Numbered from the stretch's first letter, positions 1 through 10,264 are shown. The stretch: DNA of 64,000 nucleotides from an uncultured Actinomycetes bacterium (GCA_937148845.1 CAKZRW010000031.1:22038-86037); one strand, 5' to 3'. The notes: generated from the sequence alone by a model not told the origin. A program made the numbers and translations.

Positions 1-475
1 CCCAGAGCAGTTTCTGGAGACCTTTGCCCGGGCTGGAGCCGACGCCTTGAGCGTGCATGTCGAGGCCTGCCCCCACCTGTACCATGCCCTCCAAAGGATC
101 AAGTCGCTGGGGATGGGTGCTGGATTGGCTCTCAATCCTGGAACCAGTGTGGAGCGGGTCGCTGAAGTGCTCGACCTGGTGGATTACCTACTGGTGATGA
201 CGGTCAATCCCGGTTTTGGCGGTCAAGAATTGATCGAGAGCGCCCTGGCCAAGGTGCCTGTCTTACGCCCCCTACTCCCAACCACCGCGGCCATAGAAGT
301 GGATGGGGGAGTCAACCGCGAGAATATCCGCCGAGTGGTGGAAGCTGGCGCCAACTGGATCGTGGCCGGAAGCGCGGTGTTCGGGGCAGGGGATCCGTTC
401 CGCCAGGCACAAGAACTAGCTGCCCTCATGAGGGAGCCGGCAAAGTGCGGGCCAACCAGGGAGGGCTTGCCCTGA
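1..475 (+). CDS. rpe: Ribulose-phosphate 3-epimerase, 3' portion (5' end lies outside the window)
   Basis: The frame starting at nt 2 reads PEQFLETFARAGADALSVHVEACPHLYHALQRIKSLGMGAGLALNPGTS...MTVNPGFGGQ. This matches the RPE C-terminal barrel. The ORF-track start at 47 is an internal TTG. Confidence 0.85.
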   Translation, partial: PEQFLETFARAGADALSVHVEACPHLYHALQRIKSLGMGAGLALNPGTSVERVAEVLDLVDYLLVMTVNPGFGGQELIESALAKVPVLRPLLPTTAAIEVDGGVNRENIRRVVEAGANWIVAGSAVFGAGDPFRQAQELAALMREPAKCGPTREGLP

Positions 476-549
476 GTGGGCGCGGGGGTCGAGATGACGT
501 TCGTGTTGCACCTGTGCTAGATTGTGCCGCGTACCGCTCTGATGCGGAA

Positions 550-675
550 AGAAGAGATGGTCTTCGGGGTCGGGTGAGATTCCCTACCGGCGGTGAAAGC
601 CCGCGAGCCTACTGGGCAGACCAGGTGGAATTCCTGGGCCGACAGTGAAAGTCTGGATGAGAGAAGGCCGGACGC
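550..675 (+). promoter_or_regulatory. FMN riboswitch (RFN element) aptamer in the ribD leader
   Basis: The conserved RFN blocks are visible directly: CTTCGGGGTCGGGTGAGATTCCCTACCGGCGGTGAAAGCCCGCGAGCC ... GGCAGACCAGGTGGAATTCCTGGGCCGACAGTGAAAGTCTGGATGAGAGAAGG. It lies immediately 5' of ribDE-BA-H. Confidence 0.85.
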
Positions 676-691
676 GCTTGCGTTCCTCCGA

Positions 692-730
692 CCCCTGGGC
701 CTGGAGCCTGAGGGGTTTCCTGTTTGGTGC
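692..730 (+). terminator. Riboswitch expression-platform hairpin (CCCCTgGGC...GCCtgAGGGG) followed by TTTCCTGTTT. It overlaps the ribD SD/start, so it is a sequestrator/attenuator.
   Basis: An imperfect GC-rich hairpin whose 3' arm contains the GAGGGG Shine-Dalgarno. It is followed by a U-rich tract that runs into the TTG start at 724. Confidence 0.5.
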
Positions 731-1908
731 TTAACAAAGAGGACTACCAGCATCTGCTGAGAGCGATGGACCTCGCCGAACAGGCGAGGGGCTGCACTAG
801 CCCTAACCCGCTGGTAGGGGCGGTCATCGTCAAGGACGGGTGGGTCCTGGGCGAGGGGTACCACGCCGGCCCCTGGCGTGACCATGCCGAGATCGCGGCT
901 TTGCGGGACGCTTTGGGGCGGACCTCGGGGGTGCAGGCCGACGTTCTCGACCGCGCCAGTCTGGCAGAACTCTGCCGCGAGCTTTGCTCGGGCGCCACCC
1001 TCTACGTGACTTTGGAACCTTGCTGTACTTACGGTCGCACTCCCCCCTGCACGTCGGCGGTCATAGGAGCGGGTTTCTCGCGCGTCGTAGTGGGGGCGAT
1101 CGATCCTTCCCCGGCCGTGAACGGCCGGGGGCTGGCGCTTCTCCGAGAAGCGGGGCTCCAGGTCGAGCTGGCCGAAGGCGAGGTTGCACACAAGATCAAG
1201 CGGCAGAACGACGGTATGCGCAAGGCCGTGTCTCGCGGCCTTCCCTTCGTCGTCTACAAGTACGCCGTCACCTTGGACGGGCGGGTAGCCACGGACTGCG
1301 GGGACTCACGCTGGATCTCCAGTGAAGAAAGCCGGGCCCTGGTCCATCGGTGGCGCAGTTGGTCGGACGCTGTAGCAGTCGGCGCGGGCACGCTGACAGC
1401 TGATGACCCCACCTTGACCGCACGGACCAGCGGGTGCGGCCGGCAACCCCTGCGGGTGGTCATAGGAGATACACCGGCCCTCGGCTCGGGCAGCGCTCTG
1501 GTCCGCACGATAGAGGAGGGTCCCGTGCTTGTGCTCTGCGGCCCGGGGGTCGATCCACGGCGGCGTAGCGAGCTGGAGTCCTGGGGACTGGAGACTCTGG
1601 CTACGTCGGCCGGCGAAGGCCGATGGCCAGACCCGTTAGAGAGCGCTCGCCTGCTTGCCACCCGCGACGTCCAGACGGTTCTTTTCGAAGGCGGTCCGCG
1701 GGCAGCAGGGGCGTGGTGGGCAGCAGGCCTCATCGACAAGGTGGCGGCGTTTGTGTGCCCGAAGATGGCGCCGGGTTTCGTAAACCGGGGACCTCTACAG
1801 GGGCCAGGACCTGCGCGCATGGGCGAGGCCAGCGAGTTGGTCGAAGTCGAGATGGAGCGGGTGGGGCCGGACTTCCTGATCAGCGGCTATACGGGAGGAC
1901 CGTTCTGA
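724..1908 (+). CDS. ribD: Bifunctional riboflavin biosynthesis protein RibD (deaminase/reductase)
   Basis: N-terminal CMP/dCMP-deaminase motifs are present (HAEIAAL, TLEPCCTYGRTPPC). The C-terminal reductase domain is also present. It lies downstream of the FMN riboswitch. Confidence 0.9.
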   Translation: MVLNKEDYQHLLRAMDLAEQARGCTSPNPLVGAVIVKDGWVLGEGYHAGPWRDHAEIAALRDALGRTSGVQADVLDRASLAELCRELCSGATLYVTLEPCCTYGRTPPCTSAVIGAGFSRVVVGAIDPSPAVNGRGLALLREAGLQVELAEGEVAHKIKRQNDGMRKAVSRGLPFVVYKYAVTLDGRVATDCGDSRWISSEESRALVHRWRSWSDAVAVGAGTLTADDPTLTARTSGCGRQPLRVVIGDTPALGSGSALVRTIEEGPVLVLCGPGVDPRRRSELESWGLETLATSAGEGRWPDPLESARLLATRDVQTVLFEGGPRAAGAWWAAGLIDKVAAFVCPKMAPGFVNRGPLQGPGPARMGEASELVEVEMERVGPDFLISGYTGGPF

Positions 1909-2585
1909 TGTTCACTGGCTTGATAGAAGAGGTCGGCGTGGTCAGGCGGCTGGAACGACTGGGGCAAGGAGGCCGGTTGAGCATCGCTGCCCGCACCGTA
2001 TTGGAAGGGACCCGAGTGGGGGACTCGGTTGCGGTGAGTGGAGCCTGCCTGACCGTGGTGGCCCTGGACGCAGACGGTTTCGTCGTAGACTGCATGCCCG
2101 AGACTCTGACTCACACCACACTAGGCGAGGCCAGACCGGGGACGCTGGTCAATCTGGAGCGCGCCCTCGCCCTGGGGGATCGGCTGGGAGGGCATCTTGT
2201 CTTAGGCCACGTCGATGGAGTGGCCCAGATCGTGGAAGTCCGCCGAGCTGGCATAGCTTGGGAGGTGGATATCAGTCTACCCGCCGCGCTGGTCGGCTAC
2301 GTCGCCCCCAAGGGTTCCGTCGCGGTCGATGGCATCTCGCTCACCGTGATCTCGGTAGGGCAGGAAGCGTTCACAGTGGGGATCATTCCTCATACCGTCC
2401 AGGCCACCGCTTTGCGGTCCATGAGGGTGGGTCAGAAAGTGAATCTGGAAGCCGATGTCATCGCCCGCTACGTGAGACAGAGCTTGCTCAGTCTTGCTGG
2501 TCAGTCGCCGAGTCCGCCAGCATCTACGGTTGGCTCTCCCAGCGGGCTCACTGAGGAGTTCCTTCGCGAACAAGGCTTCCTCTGA
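1908..2585 (+). CDS. ribE: Riboflavin synthase alpha subunit
   Basis: The protein begins MFTGLIEEVG and contains duplicated lumazine-binding repeats. ATGA overlap with the ribD stop. The true start is internal to ORF-track entry 1623..2585. Confidence 0.9.
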   Translation: MFTGLIEEVGVVRRLERLGQGGRLSIAARTVLEGTRVGDSVAVSGACLTVVALDADGFVVDCMPETLTHTTLGEARPGTLVNLERALALGDRLGGHLVLGHVDGVAQIVEVRRAGIAWEVDISLPAALVGYVAPKGSVAVDGISLTVISVGQEAFTVGIIPHTVQATALRSMRVGQKVNLEADVIARYVRQSLLSLAGQSPSPPASTVGSPSGLTEEFLREQGFL

Positions 2586-2677
2586 GCGAGCCGGCGGCGG
2601 CCTGGCAGGCAAATGATCAAGAGATACGGGTTGTGAAGGGGTAAGCAACTAGTGCGCAGAATAGCAGGAGGCATTAG

Positions 2678-3940
2678 ATGACACGAAAAGGCGCCGCATT
2701 CGCCAGCATCGAGGAGGCGCTAGCGGAGATACGAGCCGGCCGCATGGTCGTCGTGGTCGATGATGAAGATCGCGAGAATGAGGGTGACCTGACGCTGGCG
2801 GCGCAGTTTGCCACCCCTCAGGCCATCAACTTCATGGCTACTCATGGGCGAGGGCTTATCTGCCTCGCTATCACTCCCGAGCGTGCCGAGGCGCTCAGAC
2901 TACAGCCCATGGTGCGTAACAACCAATCGCGCTTCGGCACGGCTTTTACAGTCTCGATCGAGGCTCGGGAAGGGGTCACCACCGGCATCTCGGCGGCCGA
3001 CCGAGCCCGGACCATCCAGGTGGCGATAGACCCCAATAGCAAGCCGGAAGATCTCGTCCAACCCGGACACGTGTTTCCTCTGATTGCGCGGAACGGGGGC
3101 GTGCTGGCTAGAGCGGGGCAAACGGAAGCCGCGGTCGACCTGGCTCGACTTGCCGGGCTCATCCCAGCCGGAGTGATCTGCGAGATCATGAACGAAGATG
3201 GGAGCATGGCCCGGGTTCCCGACCTGGTGAAATACTGCCAGCGGCATGGGCTGAAGATGATCACCGTCGCCGACCTCATCCGCTATCGCAGAAGGACGGA
3301 GAAGCTGGTGCGTCGGGTAGCCTCAGTACAGTTGCCCACGCAGTTCGGGGACTTCATGGCCTATGGCTACGAGAGTCTCATCGACGGCGAGCAGCACCTG
3401 GCCCTGGTCAAAGGGGAGGTGGAGGGTCAAGAGAACGTCTTGGTGCGGGTCCATTCGGAGTGCCTGACCGGAGACGTCTTCCACTCCCTGCGCTGTGACT
3501 GCGGTGACCAACTGCAGGCGGCGTTGGCCGCCATCGAGCGGGAAGGCCGGGGCGTGCTCCTCTACATGGCCCAGGAGGGTCGAGGCATCGGCCTTCTCAA
3601 CAAGCTACGCGCTTATGAGCTTCAGGAGCAGGGGAGAGATACGGTCGAAGCTAACCTGGAGTTGGGGTTCGCCCCCGACCTTCGGGACTACGGCATAGGG
3701 GCCCAGATACTGGCGGATCTCGGACTCACCTCCATCCGGCTGATGACCAACAATCCGCGTAAGCTCGTGGGGCTGGAAGGCTACGGCCTTGTCATCACCG
3801 AGCGCGTTCCCTTGGAGGTCTGCCCGACAGAAGCCAACATGCGCTACCTTCAGACCAAACGCGAGAAGCTCGGGCACATCCTCCATCACCAAGGACTCCA
3901 GTACGACAGAGACAACGGAAAGGACGGCGCGAATGACTGA
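2678..3940 (+). CDS. ribBA: Bifunctional 3,4-dihydroxy-2-butanone-4-phosphate synthase / GTP cyclohydrolase II
   Basis: RibB motifs ([11 protein letters not shown]) and RibA motifs (CxCxxC: [11 protein letters not shown]) are both present. AGGAGG RBS upstream. Confidence 0.9.
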   Translation: MTRKGAAFASIEEALAEIRAGRMVVVVDDEDRENEGDLTLAAQFATPQAINFMATHGRGLICLAITPERAEALRLQPMVRNNQSRFGTAFTVSIEAREGVTTGISAADRARTIQVAIDPNSKPEDLVQPGHVFPLIARNGGVLARAGQTEAAVDLARLAGLIPAGVICEIMNEDGSMARVPDLVKYCQRHGLKMITVADLIRYRRRTEKLVRRVASVQLPTQFGDFMAYGYESLIDGEQHLALVKGEVEGQENVLVRVHSECLTGDVFHSLRCDCGDQLQAALAAIEREGRGVLLYMAQEGRGIGLLNKLRAYELQEQGRDTVEANLELGFAPDLRDYGIGAQILADLGLTSIRLMTNNPRKLVGLEGYGLVITERVPLEVCPTEANMRYLQTKREKLGHILHHQGLQYDRDNGKDGAND

Positions 3941-4421
3941 CAAAGGGCAGGTGTACGAAGGAGTACTCAAGGGAGAAGGTCTCCGTTTCGCGGTGGTGGT
4001 CAGCCGCTTCAACGAGTTCATCAGCAGCAAGCTCCTCTCGGGCACTTGGGACTGCCTGACTCGGCATGGAGTGGACTTGGGTGATATCGACGTGGCTTGG
4101 GTCCCCGGAGCGATGGAGATCCCCCTCGTCGCCAAACGCATGGCAGCCACCCACCGCTATGACGCCGTCATCTGTCTCGGCGCAGTGATCCGGGGCTCTA
4201 CTCCTCACTTCGACTACGTGGCTGCGGAGGTAGCCAAAGGTGTGGCCGCGGTCCAGTTGAGCGAAGGGGTTCCGGTCATATTCGGCGTGCTCACCACTGA
4301 CACCATCGAGCAGGCAGTCGAACGGGCAGGGACCAAAGCCGGCAACAAGGGTTGGGACGCGGCCCTAGCCGCGATAGAGATGGGGAACCTGATCCGCCGC
4401 CTGGACGGGCGGGTAGTGTGA
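3933..4421 (+). CDS. ribH: 6,7-dimethyl-8-ribityllumazine synthase
   Basis: [30 protein letters not shown]... is typical RibH. The start overlaps the ribBA stop. Confidence 0.9.
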   Translation: MTDKGQVYEGVLKGEGLRFAVVVSRFNEFISSKLLSGTWDCLTRHGVDLGDIDVAWVPGAMEIPLVAKRMAATHRYDAVICLGAVIRGSTPHFDYVAAEVAKGVAAVQLSEGVPVIFGVLTTDTIEQAVERAGTKAGNKGWDAALAAIEMGNLIRRLDGRVV

Positions 4422-4424
4422 AGA

Positions 4425-4616
4425 TCAAGCCACCTTTTCGACTTTGTGGGCCTTGAGGCACTTGGCGCACACATAGGCGCGCGTCGGCTTACCCTCGAGG
4501 ACTATGCGGACCTTCTGAACGTTGGGGTCCCAGCGACGAGGGGTAGCCCGCATGGAATGGCTTCGATTGTTGCCGAAGGACGGCTTCTTGCCACAGATCG
4601 CACAGACTCTTGACAT
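4425..4616 (-). CDS. rpmB: 50S ribosomal protein L28
   Basis: MSRVCAICGKKPSFGNNRSHSMRATPRRWDPNVQKVRIV... is the canonical L28 sequence. Confidence 0.9.
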   Translation of the reverse strand: MSRVCAICGKKPSFGNNRSHSMRATPRRWDPNVQKVRIVLEGKPTRAYVCAKCLKAHKVEKVA

Positions 4617-4863
4617 CTATGTCTCACTCCGGTTCGGGGGCTCTTCGCGAGTCGCATAGTATGCCGCAGGGCCCTGCGGATGACAAGAGAGCAGTGGATC
4701 TCAGCGCGGAGAGACAAGAGGAGAACCGGATGTCCACTTCGAAGGCGGTGAACCTTCGGCACCCTGCCAGTCTCGATTGGCCAGGAGGCGCTCAGGGTGC
4801 GCTAGAATTGAGAGGTACCTCACCCTCCCGGCGGGGAAAGGAGTGGCGATTTTCACCAAGGAG

Positions 4864-5061
4864 ATGTCCATCCTGGAGGCACTGCAGGCCGACCCTCGCG
4901 CCCGCGATGTCTTTAACGCTCATGGCCTGGGATGTCTGGGGTGCATGGGGCTGAGCCAGGAGTCCATCGAGGAGGGTGCCAGGATGCACGGCATCGACCC
5001 TGATGTCATCGTGGCCGATCTCAATCGGCTTGCTTGTCTGGAAGAACAGCCGGCGGAATGA
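4864..5061 (+). CDS. DUF1858 small redox-disulfide protein (CxxC; hybrid-cluster-protein-associated domain family)
   Basis: MSILEALQADPRARDVFNAHGLGCLGCMGLSQESIEEGARMHGIDPD is about 65 aa with a GCxGC motif. The start is uncertain; 4777/4822 are alternative upstream starts. Confidence 0.55.
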   Translation: MSILEALQADPRARDVFNAHGLGCLGCMGLSQESIEEGARMHGIDPDVIVADLNRLACLEEQPAE

Positions 5062-5474
5062 GCGAAATGACAGAGACTAGCTCGCAGGCAGACCGGCCGT
5101 CCGCCGCAGATCCCTCAGCCAAGACCACGGTCGGGGAGGTCGGCGGGGGGCTGGTGGTGACCGACCGGGCCATCGCTGACATCGTAGGCCACACGGTGAT
5201 GGAGTGCTACGGCATAGTGGGTATGGCATCTCCTGGTCTGCGGCGAGGGGTCGCGGCTCTTCTTGCTCGCGACCGTCTGCACCAGGGCATCAAGGTGGAC
5301 CAGAGCGAGGGGCTTCTTCGTATCGGTCTGTATGTCATCGTGGAATACGGACTGAACGTGGCCGAAGTGGCGGGCAACGTCCGGGCCCAGGTCGCTTACA
5401 ACGTCGAGAAGATGACCGGCAGGCGGGTAGACGCTTTGCAGATACACGTGCAAGGGGTCAGGGTCAGTGAGTAG
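5058..5474 (+). CDS. Asp23/Gls24 family alkaline-shock protein
   Basis: The Asp23 core GGLVVTDRAIADIVGHTVMECYGIVGM is present. ATGA overlap with the upstream stop. It precedes yloV, as in Firmicutes and Actinobacteria. Confidence 0.8.
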   Translation: MSEMTETSSQADRPSAADPSAKTTVGEVGGGLVVTDRAIADIVGHTVMECYGIVGMASPGLRRGVAALLARDRLHQGIKVDQSEGLLRIGLYVIVEYGLNVAEVAGNVRAQVAYNVEKMTGRRVDALQIHVQGVRVSE

Positions 5475-7137
5475 AGTCCTGGGGGCTCTGACGGTGGCCC
5501 AGATGCGCGCGCTGTGGAGTGCCGGCTACCAGGCACTTGAGGGGCGCAAACAAGAGATAAACGATCTCAACGTGTATCCGGTGCCCGACGGTGATACCGG
5601 CACCAACCTGGCCCTTACCGTGCGCAGCATCGTCGAGGGAGTGGCTCGACTTCCCGCTTCTAGTAGTCACCCTGAAGTTTGCCAATCGGTGTCTCAGGCA
5701 GCGCTCATGGGGGCGCGCGGCAACAGCGGGGTGATCCTTTCGCAGATCGTGCGCGGAGCCATGGAGGTCCTGAGCCAGACCTCTGCCCCCTCCATAGAAG
5801 TCTTGGCTGCCGCCTTGCGTCATGCCACCGACACAGCTTACAGAGCCGTACGCCGGCCCGTAGAAGGCACCATGCTGACTGTGCTGCGGGATATGGCCGA
5901 TGCGGCAACAGCCGCCCGGGGGATGACCGATCTTACCGCCTTCTTGGAGCGGGTCCTGGCGGCCGGCTGGGAGAGCGTGGCAAGAACGCCCAGGCTGCTC
6001 AAGGTCCTGGCTGACGCCGGTGTGGTCGATGCGGGTGGTTTCGGCCTGGTAGTGCTCCTGGAAGGTGTGGCAAACGGCCGGCACGCCATGGAGACGCCCA
6101 TCTCTCTACGGTGGGTACCGCAGCCAGAGGTGGAGACGGGGGTCTTCGAGCCGACCACTGAGGAAGAGAGTCGGTTTACGTACTGCACCAGTTTCTTGCT
6201 GACCGGAAGGGACCTTGATCCCCGATCCCTCGAGGAACGGCTTAGCGAGCTAGGTGACAGTCTGCTCGTAGTGGGCAATAGCGATCAGGTGAAGGTGCAC
6301 GTCCACACCGACTGTCCGGGCGACGTCCTCAACATGGCGACTGCCCTGGGTATCCTCACCGAGATTGAAATCGACAACATGAAAGAGCAGGAAGCCGAGC
6401 GCACCGCTCGTCTGGAAGCCCAGGCTCGCGCAGGCCAAGCTGGCCGTGGCGAGCCGGCTGGTCCGCCCGGGACAGAGACGAGTGCTGCACAAGTCGTGGC
6501 TGTGGTGGCCGGAGAGGGGAACAAGGCGCTGTTCCGTAATCTAGGCGTCGATTTCATAGTGGACGGGGGCCAGTCGATGAACCCGTCTGCAGAGGAACTG
6601 GTGCGAGCCATCAGCCAGGCAGAAGCTCCGGCGGTGGTGCTGCTTCCCAACAACAGCAATGTGATCATGACCGCAGAACAGACCGTCGGGTTGGTGGAAC
6701 GCGAGGTCTATGTGATCCCGACCCGCTCCCTGCAAGCCGGCTTGAGCGCGGCTGTGGCCTTCGACAGGCGTAGACCTGGAGAAGTGAACGCCAAGGAGAT
6801 GGAGATGGCGGCCCGGGGGGTGATGACTGCAGAGATCACACGCGCCGTGCGTGACTCTCTTGTCGACGGCGTCCAAGTGCGGGCGGGTGAGTTCATCGGG
6901 TTGGTCGAGGAGAAGGTGGTAGTGGGCTCGGCCGATTTGGACCACGTCTTGGAAGTAGTCGTCGGTAGACTGCTCGGTCAGGGACGGGAGGTGCTCACGG
7001 CACTCCTGGGTCAAGGGGAGGAGGCCTTACAGGCTCGCGAGAAACTGGAAAGACTGAGCGAGTCCTACCCAGGAGTCGAGTTCGAGATGCATGACGGCGG
7101 GCAACCGTTTTATCCTGTCTTGTTGTCAGCAGAGTAG
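5467..7137 (+). CDS. yloV: DAK2 domain fusion protein YloV
   Basis: NVYPVPDGDTGTNL is the Dak2 phosphate-binding motif. 556 aa. Conserved Asp23-YloV-DegV-RecG neighbourhood. Confidence 0.85.
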   Translation: MSRVLGALTVAQMRALWSAGYQALEGRKQEINDLNVYPVPDGDTGTNLALTVRSIVEGVARLPASSSHPEVCQSVSQAALMGARGNSGVILSQIVRGAMEVLSQTSAPSIEVLAAALRHATDTAYRAVRRPVEGTMLTVLRDMADAATAARGMTDLTAFLERVLAAGWESVARTPRLLKVLADAGVVDAGGFGLVVLLEGVANGRHAMETPISLRWVPQPEVETGVFEPTTEEESRFTYCTSFLLTGRDLDPRSLEERLSELGDSLLVVGNSDQVKVHVHTDCPGDVLNMATALGILTEIEIDNMKEQEAERTARLEAQARAGQAGRGEPAGPPGTETSAAQVVAVVAGEGNKALFRNLGVDFIVDGGQSMNPSAEELVRAISQAEAPAVVLLPNNSNVIMTAEQTVGLVEREVYVIPTRSLQAGLSAAVAFDRRRPGEVNAKEMEMAARGVMTAEITRAVRDSLVDGVQVRAGEFIGLVEEKVVVGSADLDHVLEVVVGRLLGQGREVLTALLGQGEEALQAREKLERLSESYPGVEFEMHDGGQPFYPVLLSAE

Positions 7138-7181
7138 CCCGCCACCTTCGCGGAGATTGTGCTTGGCAAAGGGAGGGGGAG

Positions 7182-8039
7182 ATGATCATCAATCGCGACA
7201 CCACTGCCATCGTGGTGGATTCCACCGCTGATCTGCCGGAGCATCTGGCCAACGATCCCAATATCAGCATGGTCCCCCTCACTGTGTACTTCGGCGAGGA
7301 GGCTTACCTGGACTGGGTCGAGCTCAAGCCCGAGGAGTTCTACCAACGCTTGAAGGCCACGCCCTCGCTCCCGCGCACGTCGCAACCTTCGGCAGGCGCC
7401 TTCTTGGAGCGGTACAAGGCGCTGCGCGAGCGTTTCGAGCGCATCTACTCGGTCCACCTCAGCAGCAAGTTCAGCGGCACGTGCGCCAGCGCCGAGGTAG
7501 CCCAGAGTCAGGTCGACGGGGTACGGGTGGTCGACTCGGAGCTAGCGACCGGGGGTATCGCTCTGTTCGTGGACCGCTTGCTGGACAGGCTCGACCGGGG
7601 GACCCCTGAGGAGGAGTTCGAGGCGTACATCGAGCGGTTTCGGAGAGAGAAGATCTTCTATTTCTTGCCCACTACCCTGGACTACCTCTACAAGGGAGGG
7701 CGGATCGGTCGTGCTTCTCACCTGGTCGGTACCATGCTCAACGTGAAGCCGGTCTTGGCGATCGAAGGCGGCGTGATCGACGTGTACCGCAAGGTGCGCG
7801 GTCTATCCCAGGCGCTGCAGGTCATGCGCGATGGACTGGTGGAGAACACCGTACCGGGCAAGACCACCTACGTGGGGTACGCTCACGCTCTGAACGAGCC
7901 CGTGCTTGCCCAACTGCGCGAACTGGTGGAAAGCATACCGGACCGAGACATCCAGGTGCGGACCGTCAGCATCGTGGGCTCAGTGATCGGCACCTATGTC
8001 GGTCCTGGGGCGGTCTCTCTCTCCTTCATCCAGGAATGA
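7182..8039 (+). CDS. DegV family fatty-acid-binding protein (FakB-like)
   Basis: AIVVDSTADLP...YFLPTTLDYLYKGGRIGRAS are DegV hallmarks. Confidence 0.85.
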   Translation: MIINRDTTAIVVDSTADLPEHLANDPNISMVPLTVYFGEEAYLDWVELKPEEFYQRLKATPSLPRTSQPSAGAFLERYKALRERFERIYSVHLSSKFSGTCASAEVAQSQVDGVRVVDSELATGGIALFVDRLLDRLDRGTPEEEFEAYIERFRREKIFYFLPTTLDYLYKGGRIGRASHLVGTMLNVKPVLAIEGGVIDVYRKVRGLSQALQVMRDGLVENTVPGKTTYVGYAHALNEPVLAQLRELVESIPDRDIQVRTVSIVGSVIGTYVGPGAVSLSFIQE

Positions 8040-10264
8040 GGAATGCCGCACACGGCGGACCGTTCTATCCTCTTGGCGCCACCACCAGGTTCCCGCGGCC
8101 CGGACCTGAGCTGAGACACAATTCCAAGGCTTCCTTGCAGCCGGCCTTGCTCGAGCAACCGGTGGCTGTGCTGCGAGGAGTGGGCAGGGACACAGGGCGG
8201 AGACTGGGCCAGCTGGACATCCACACGATCCGCGACCTGCTTTTCCATCTCCCCTTTCGCCACGAGTCAGCGACAGACCTTGTGACCATCGCCTCTCTCC
8301 CGGAAAAAGAGGAGGTGAACCTGAAGGTTCGTGTCGTCTCTTGTGCGGTACACGAGACCTTGCGTCGCCGGATCAAGGTGTTGGAAGCGCTGGTGAGCGA
8401 CGACACGGGCAGCATAGTCGCCGTCTGGTACAACCAGGCCTATCTCGAGACAGCCTTTCGTGAGCATCCCGAAGTCCTCTTGCGGGGCATGCTGGTCAGA
8501 AAGCGTCAGCGCGGCCCTCTTTTTGTGGTCAGACGCCACGAGATCCTCGGGGGAGGCGAGGAAAGCCGGCACATCCTTGGTCTGATTCCTGTGTACCCGA
8601 GCACAGGCGACCTGAGCGTACGCACTATCCGCAACCTATTGCATTCGGCGGCGCCGCTGGCCCGGCACCTGCCCGAACCCCTGCCTTCAGAACTGCTGGC
8701 AAGGCGTGGCTATCCCCGGAAAGCGGAGGCGATCCTCGCCTGCCATTTCCCGACCGTCTCTCGCGAAGCCCAGGCGGCTAGGGAAAGACTGGCCTTCGAA
8801 GAGCTCTTGCTGCTGCAGTTGGCTCTGATCGAGCGTCGTCATCAGCTCGATTGTGAGCAGACCGCCTTGCCTTTAGGTCCCCCAGGGGAGCTGGCCGGTG
8901 CCTTCCTGGCCGGTCTTCCCTATCGGCCGACTGCGGCGCAGCTGCGGGTCATGGGCGAGATAGATGCCGACCTCGCGCAGTCCGTGCCTATGCGGAGGCT
9001 CCTGCATGGGGATGTCGGCTCGGGCAAGACCGTGGTTGCCGCGTATGCTTTGGTGAGGGCGGTAGAAAAAGGAGGCCAGGCTGCCCTGATGGCACCGACT
9101 GAGGTGTTAGCGGATCAGCATTATGTAGGTCTGAGGGACCGGCTGGCACAGCATGGCATACGAGTGGGCCTGCTGAAGGGAAGTCTCCCGGCCAGCGAGA
9201 GGCGGGCGATCCGGGTCTCTGCGGCAAAGGGCCAGGTTGACATACTCATCGGCACCCATGCCCTCATCCAGGAGGGGGTCCGCTTCCACGACCTCCGTTT
9301 GGTGGTAGTCGACGAACAGCACCGCTTCGGCGTACGGCAACGTGAAGCCATGCTTTTGGCCAGGCCGGATGGACGCAGGCCGCACACCCTGCACATGTCA
9401 GCTACCCCGATTCCTCGCACCTTGAGCCTCACGCTGTATGGCGACCTGGATGTGAGTGTCTTGGATGAGATGCCGCCGGGCCGTCAGCCGGTGAAGACCA
9501 GACTCGTGTTCCCGAGAGCGGAGAGCCGCATGTGGGAGTTCGTCAGGGGTCAGCTGAACAAGGGGCGCCAGGCCTATGTGGTCTGTCCCCTTATCGAGGA
9601 AAGTGAGGCCCTGCAGGCTGTTTCTGCCAATGAGACCTTCCGCCGACTCTCCGCCAGCGAGCTTGAAGGGTTTCGTGTCGGCCTGCTCCACGGACAACTG
9701 CCCGCAGCGGAGAAGGGTGCAGTGATGTCCGCGTTCGCGGCAGGTCAGCTTCAAGTGCTGATCAGTACGTCCGTGATCGAGGTCGGGATCGATGTTGCGA
9801 ACGCCACTGTCATGGTGATTCTGGGCGCTCGCCGCTTTGGGCTGTCCCAGCTTCACCAGCTGCGCGGCAGAGTGGGAAGGGGTGCGCACGAGTCATACTG
9901 TCTGCTCGCTGTGGAGGAGGAGGATCCTGCAGTGGCTGACCGCCTGGCGCTGTTCGCCCGGACCAGTGACGGGTTCGTCCTGGCTGAGGCTGACCTTGCC
10001 TTGCGGGGTGCAGGCCAACTGTTCGGGGAAAGGCAATCCGGGGCCAGCGACCTCCTGGTAGCCTCCTTGGTCCGCGATCGGCACTTGCTAGAAGAAGCCA
10101 GGGCCGAGGCGGAGAGGCTGCTTGCCTTGTGGGAAGGTAGGCAGGCCTCGCCTGCAGGGGTTGGCTCTGGCCAGGAATCGTCTGCGATAGCGGCTTGGCT
10201 CCCCGCTGTAGAGGCGGCGCGCAGCCGTTTCGGTGACCTCATCAGTAGGATGGAAAGGGCATGA
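8036..10264 (+). CDS. recG: ATP-dependent DNA helicase RecG
   Basis: Wedge domain plus helicase motifs (GDVGSGKT, DEQHRFG, TATPIPRT). ATGA overlap with degV. Confidence 0.9.
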   Translation: MRNAAHGGPFYPLGATTRFPRPGPELRHNSKASLQPALLEQPVAVLRGVGRDTGRRLGQLDIHTIRDLLFHLPFRHESATDLVTIASLPEKEEVNLKVRVVSCAVHETLRRRIKVLEALVSDDTGSIVAVWYNQAYLETAFREHPEVLLRGMLVRKRQRGPLFVVRRHEILGGGEESRHILGLIPVYPSTGDLSVRTIRNLLHSAAPLARHLPEPLPSELLARRGYPRKAEAILACHFPTVSREAQAARERLAFEELLLLQLALIERRHQLDCEQTALPLGPPGELAGAFLAGLPYRPTAAQLRVMGEIDADLAQSVPMRRLLHGDVGSGKTVVAAYALVRAVEKGGQAALMAPTEVLADQHYVGLRDRLAQHGIRVGLLKGSLPASERRAIRVSAAKGQVDILIGTHALIQEGVRFHDLRLVVVDEQHRFGVRQREAMLLARPDGRRPHTLHMSATPIPRTLSLTLYGDLDVSVLDEMPPGRQPVKTRLVFPRAESRMWEFVRGQLNKGRQAYVVCPLIEESEALQAVSANETFRRLSASELEGFRVGLLHGQLPAAEKGAVMSAFAAGQLQVLISTSVIEVGIDVANATVMVILGARRFGLSQLHQLRGRVGRGAHESYCLLAVEEEDPAVADRLALFARTSDGFVLAEADLALRGAGQLFGERQSGASDLLVASLVRDRHLLEEARAEAERLLALWEGRQASPAGVGSGQESSAIAAWLPAVEAARSRFGDLISRMERA

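Noticed and set aside
4610-4954. 114-aa plus-strand ORF spanning the rpmB / DUF1858 divergent intergenic region
   Set aside because: It starts inside the rpmB coding region on the opposite strand and runs through the intergenic promoter region into the DUF1858 gene in another frame. No homology. It is more likely non-coding leader/promoter DNA. A GC palindrome (CCGCAGGGCCCTGCGG) there is probably a regulatory or structural element.
5464-6084. 206-aa minus-strand ORF, plus the similar antisense ORFs 13932-14654, 17330-18085, 18411-19112, 19113-19841, 19789-20475, 30737-31486, 31544-32206, 34219-35052, 40149-40955 and 45154-46129
   Set aside because: All lie opposite well-supported conserved genes (yloV, the EF-G paralog, ruvA, ruvB, queH, queA, relA, aspS, the sigma factor, aroE/pilB). 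None has a recognisable motif or RBS.
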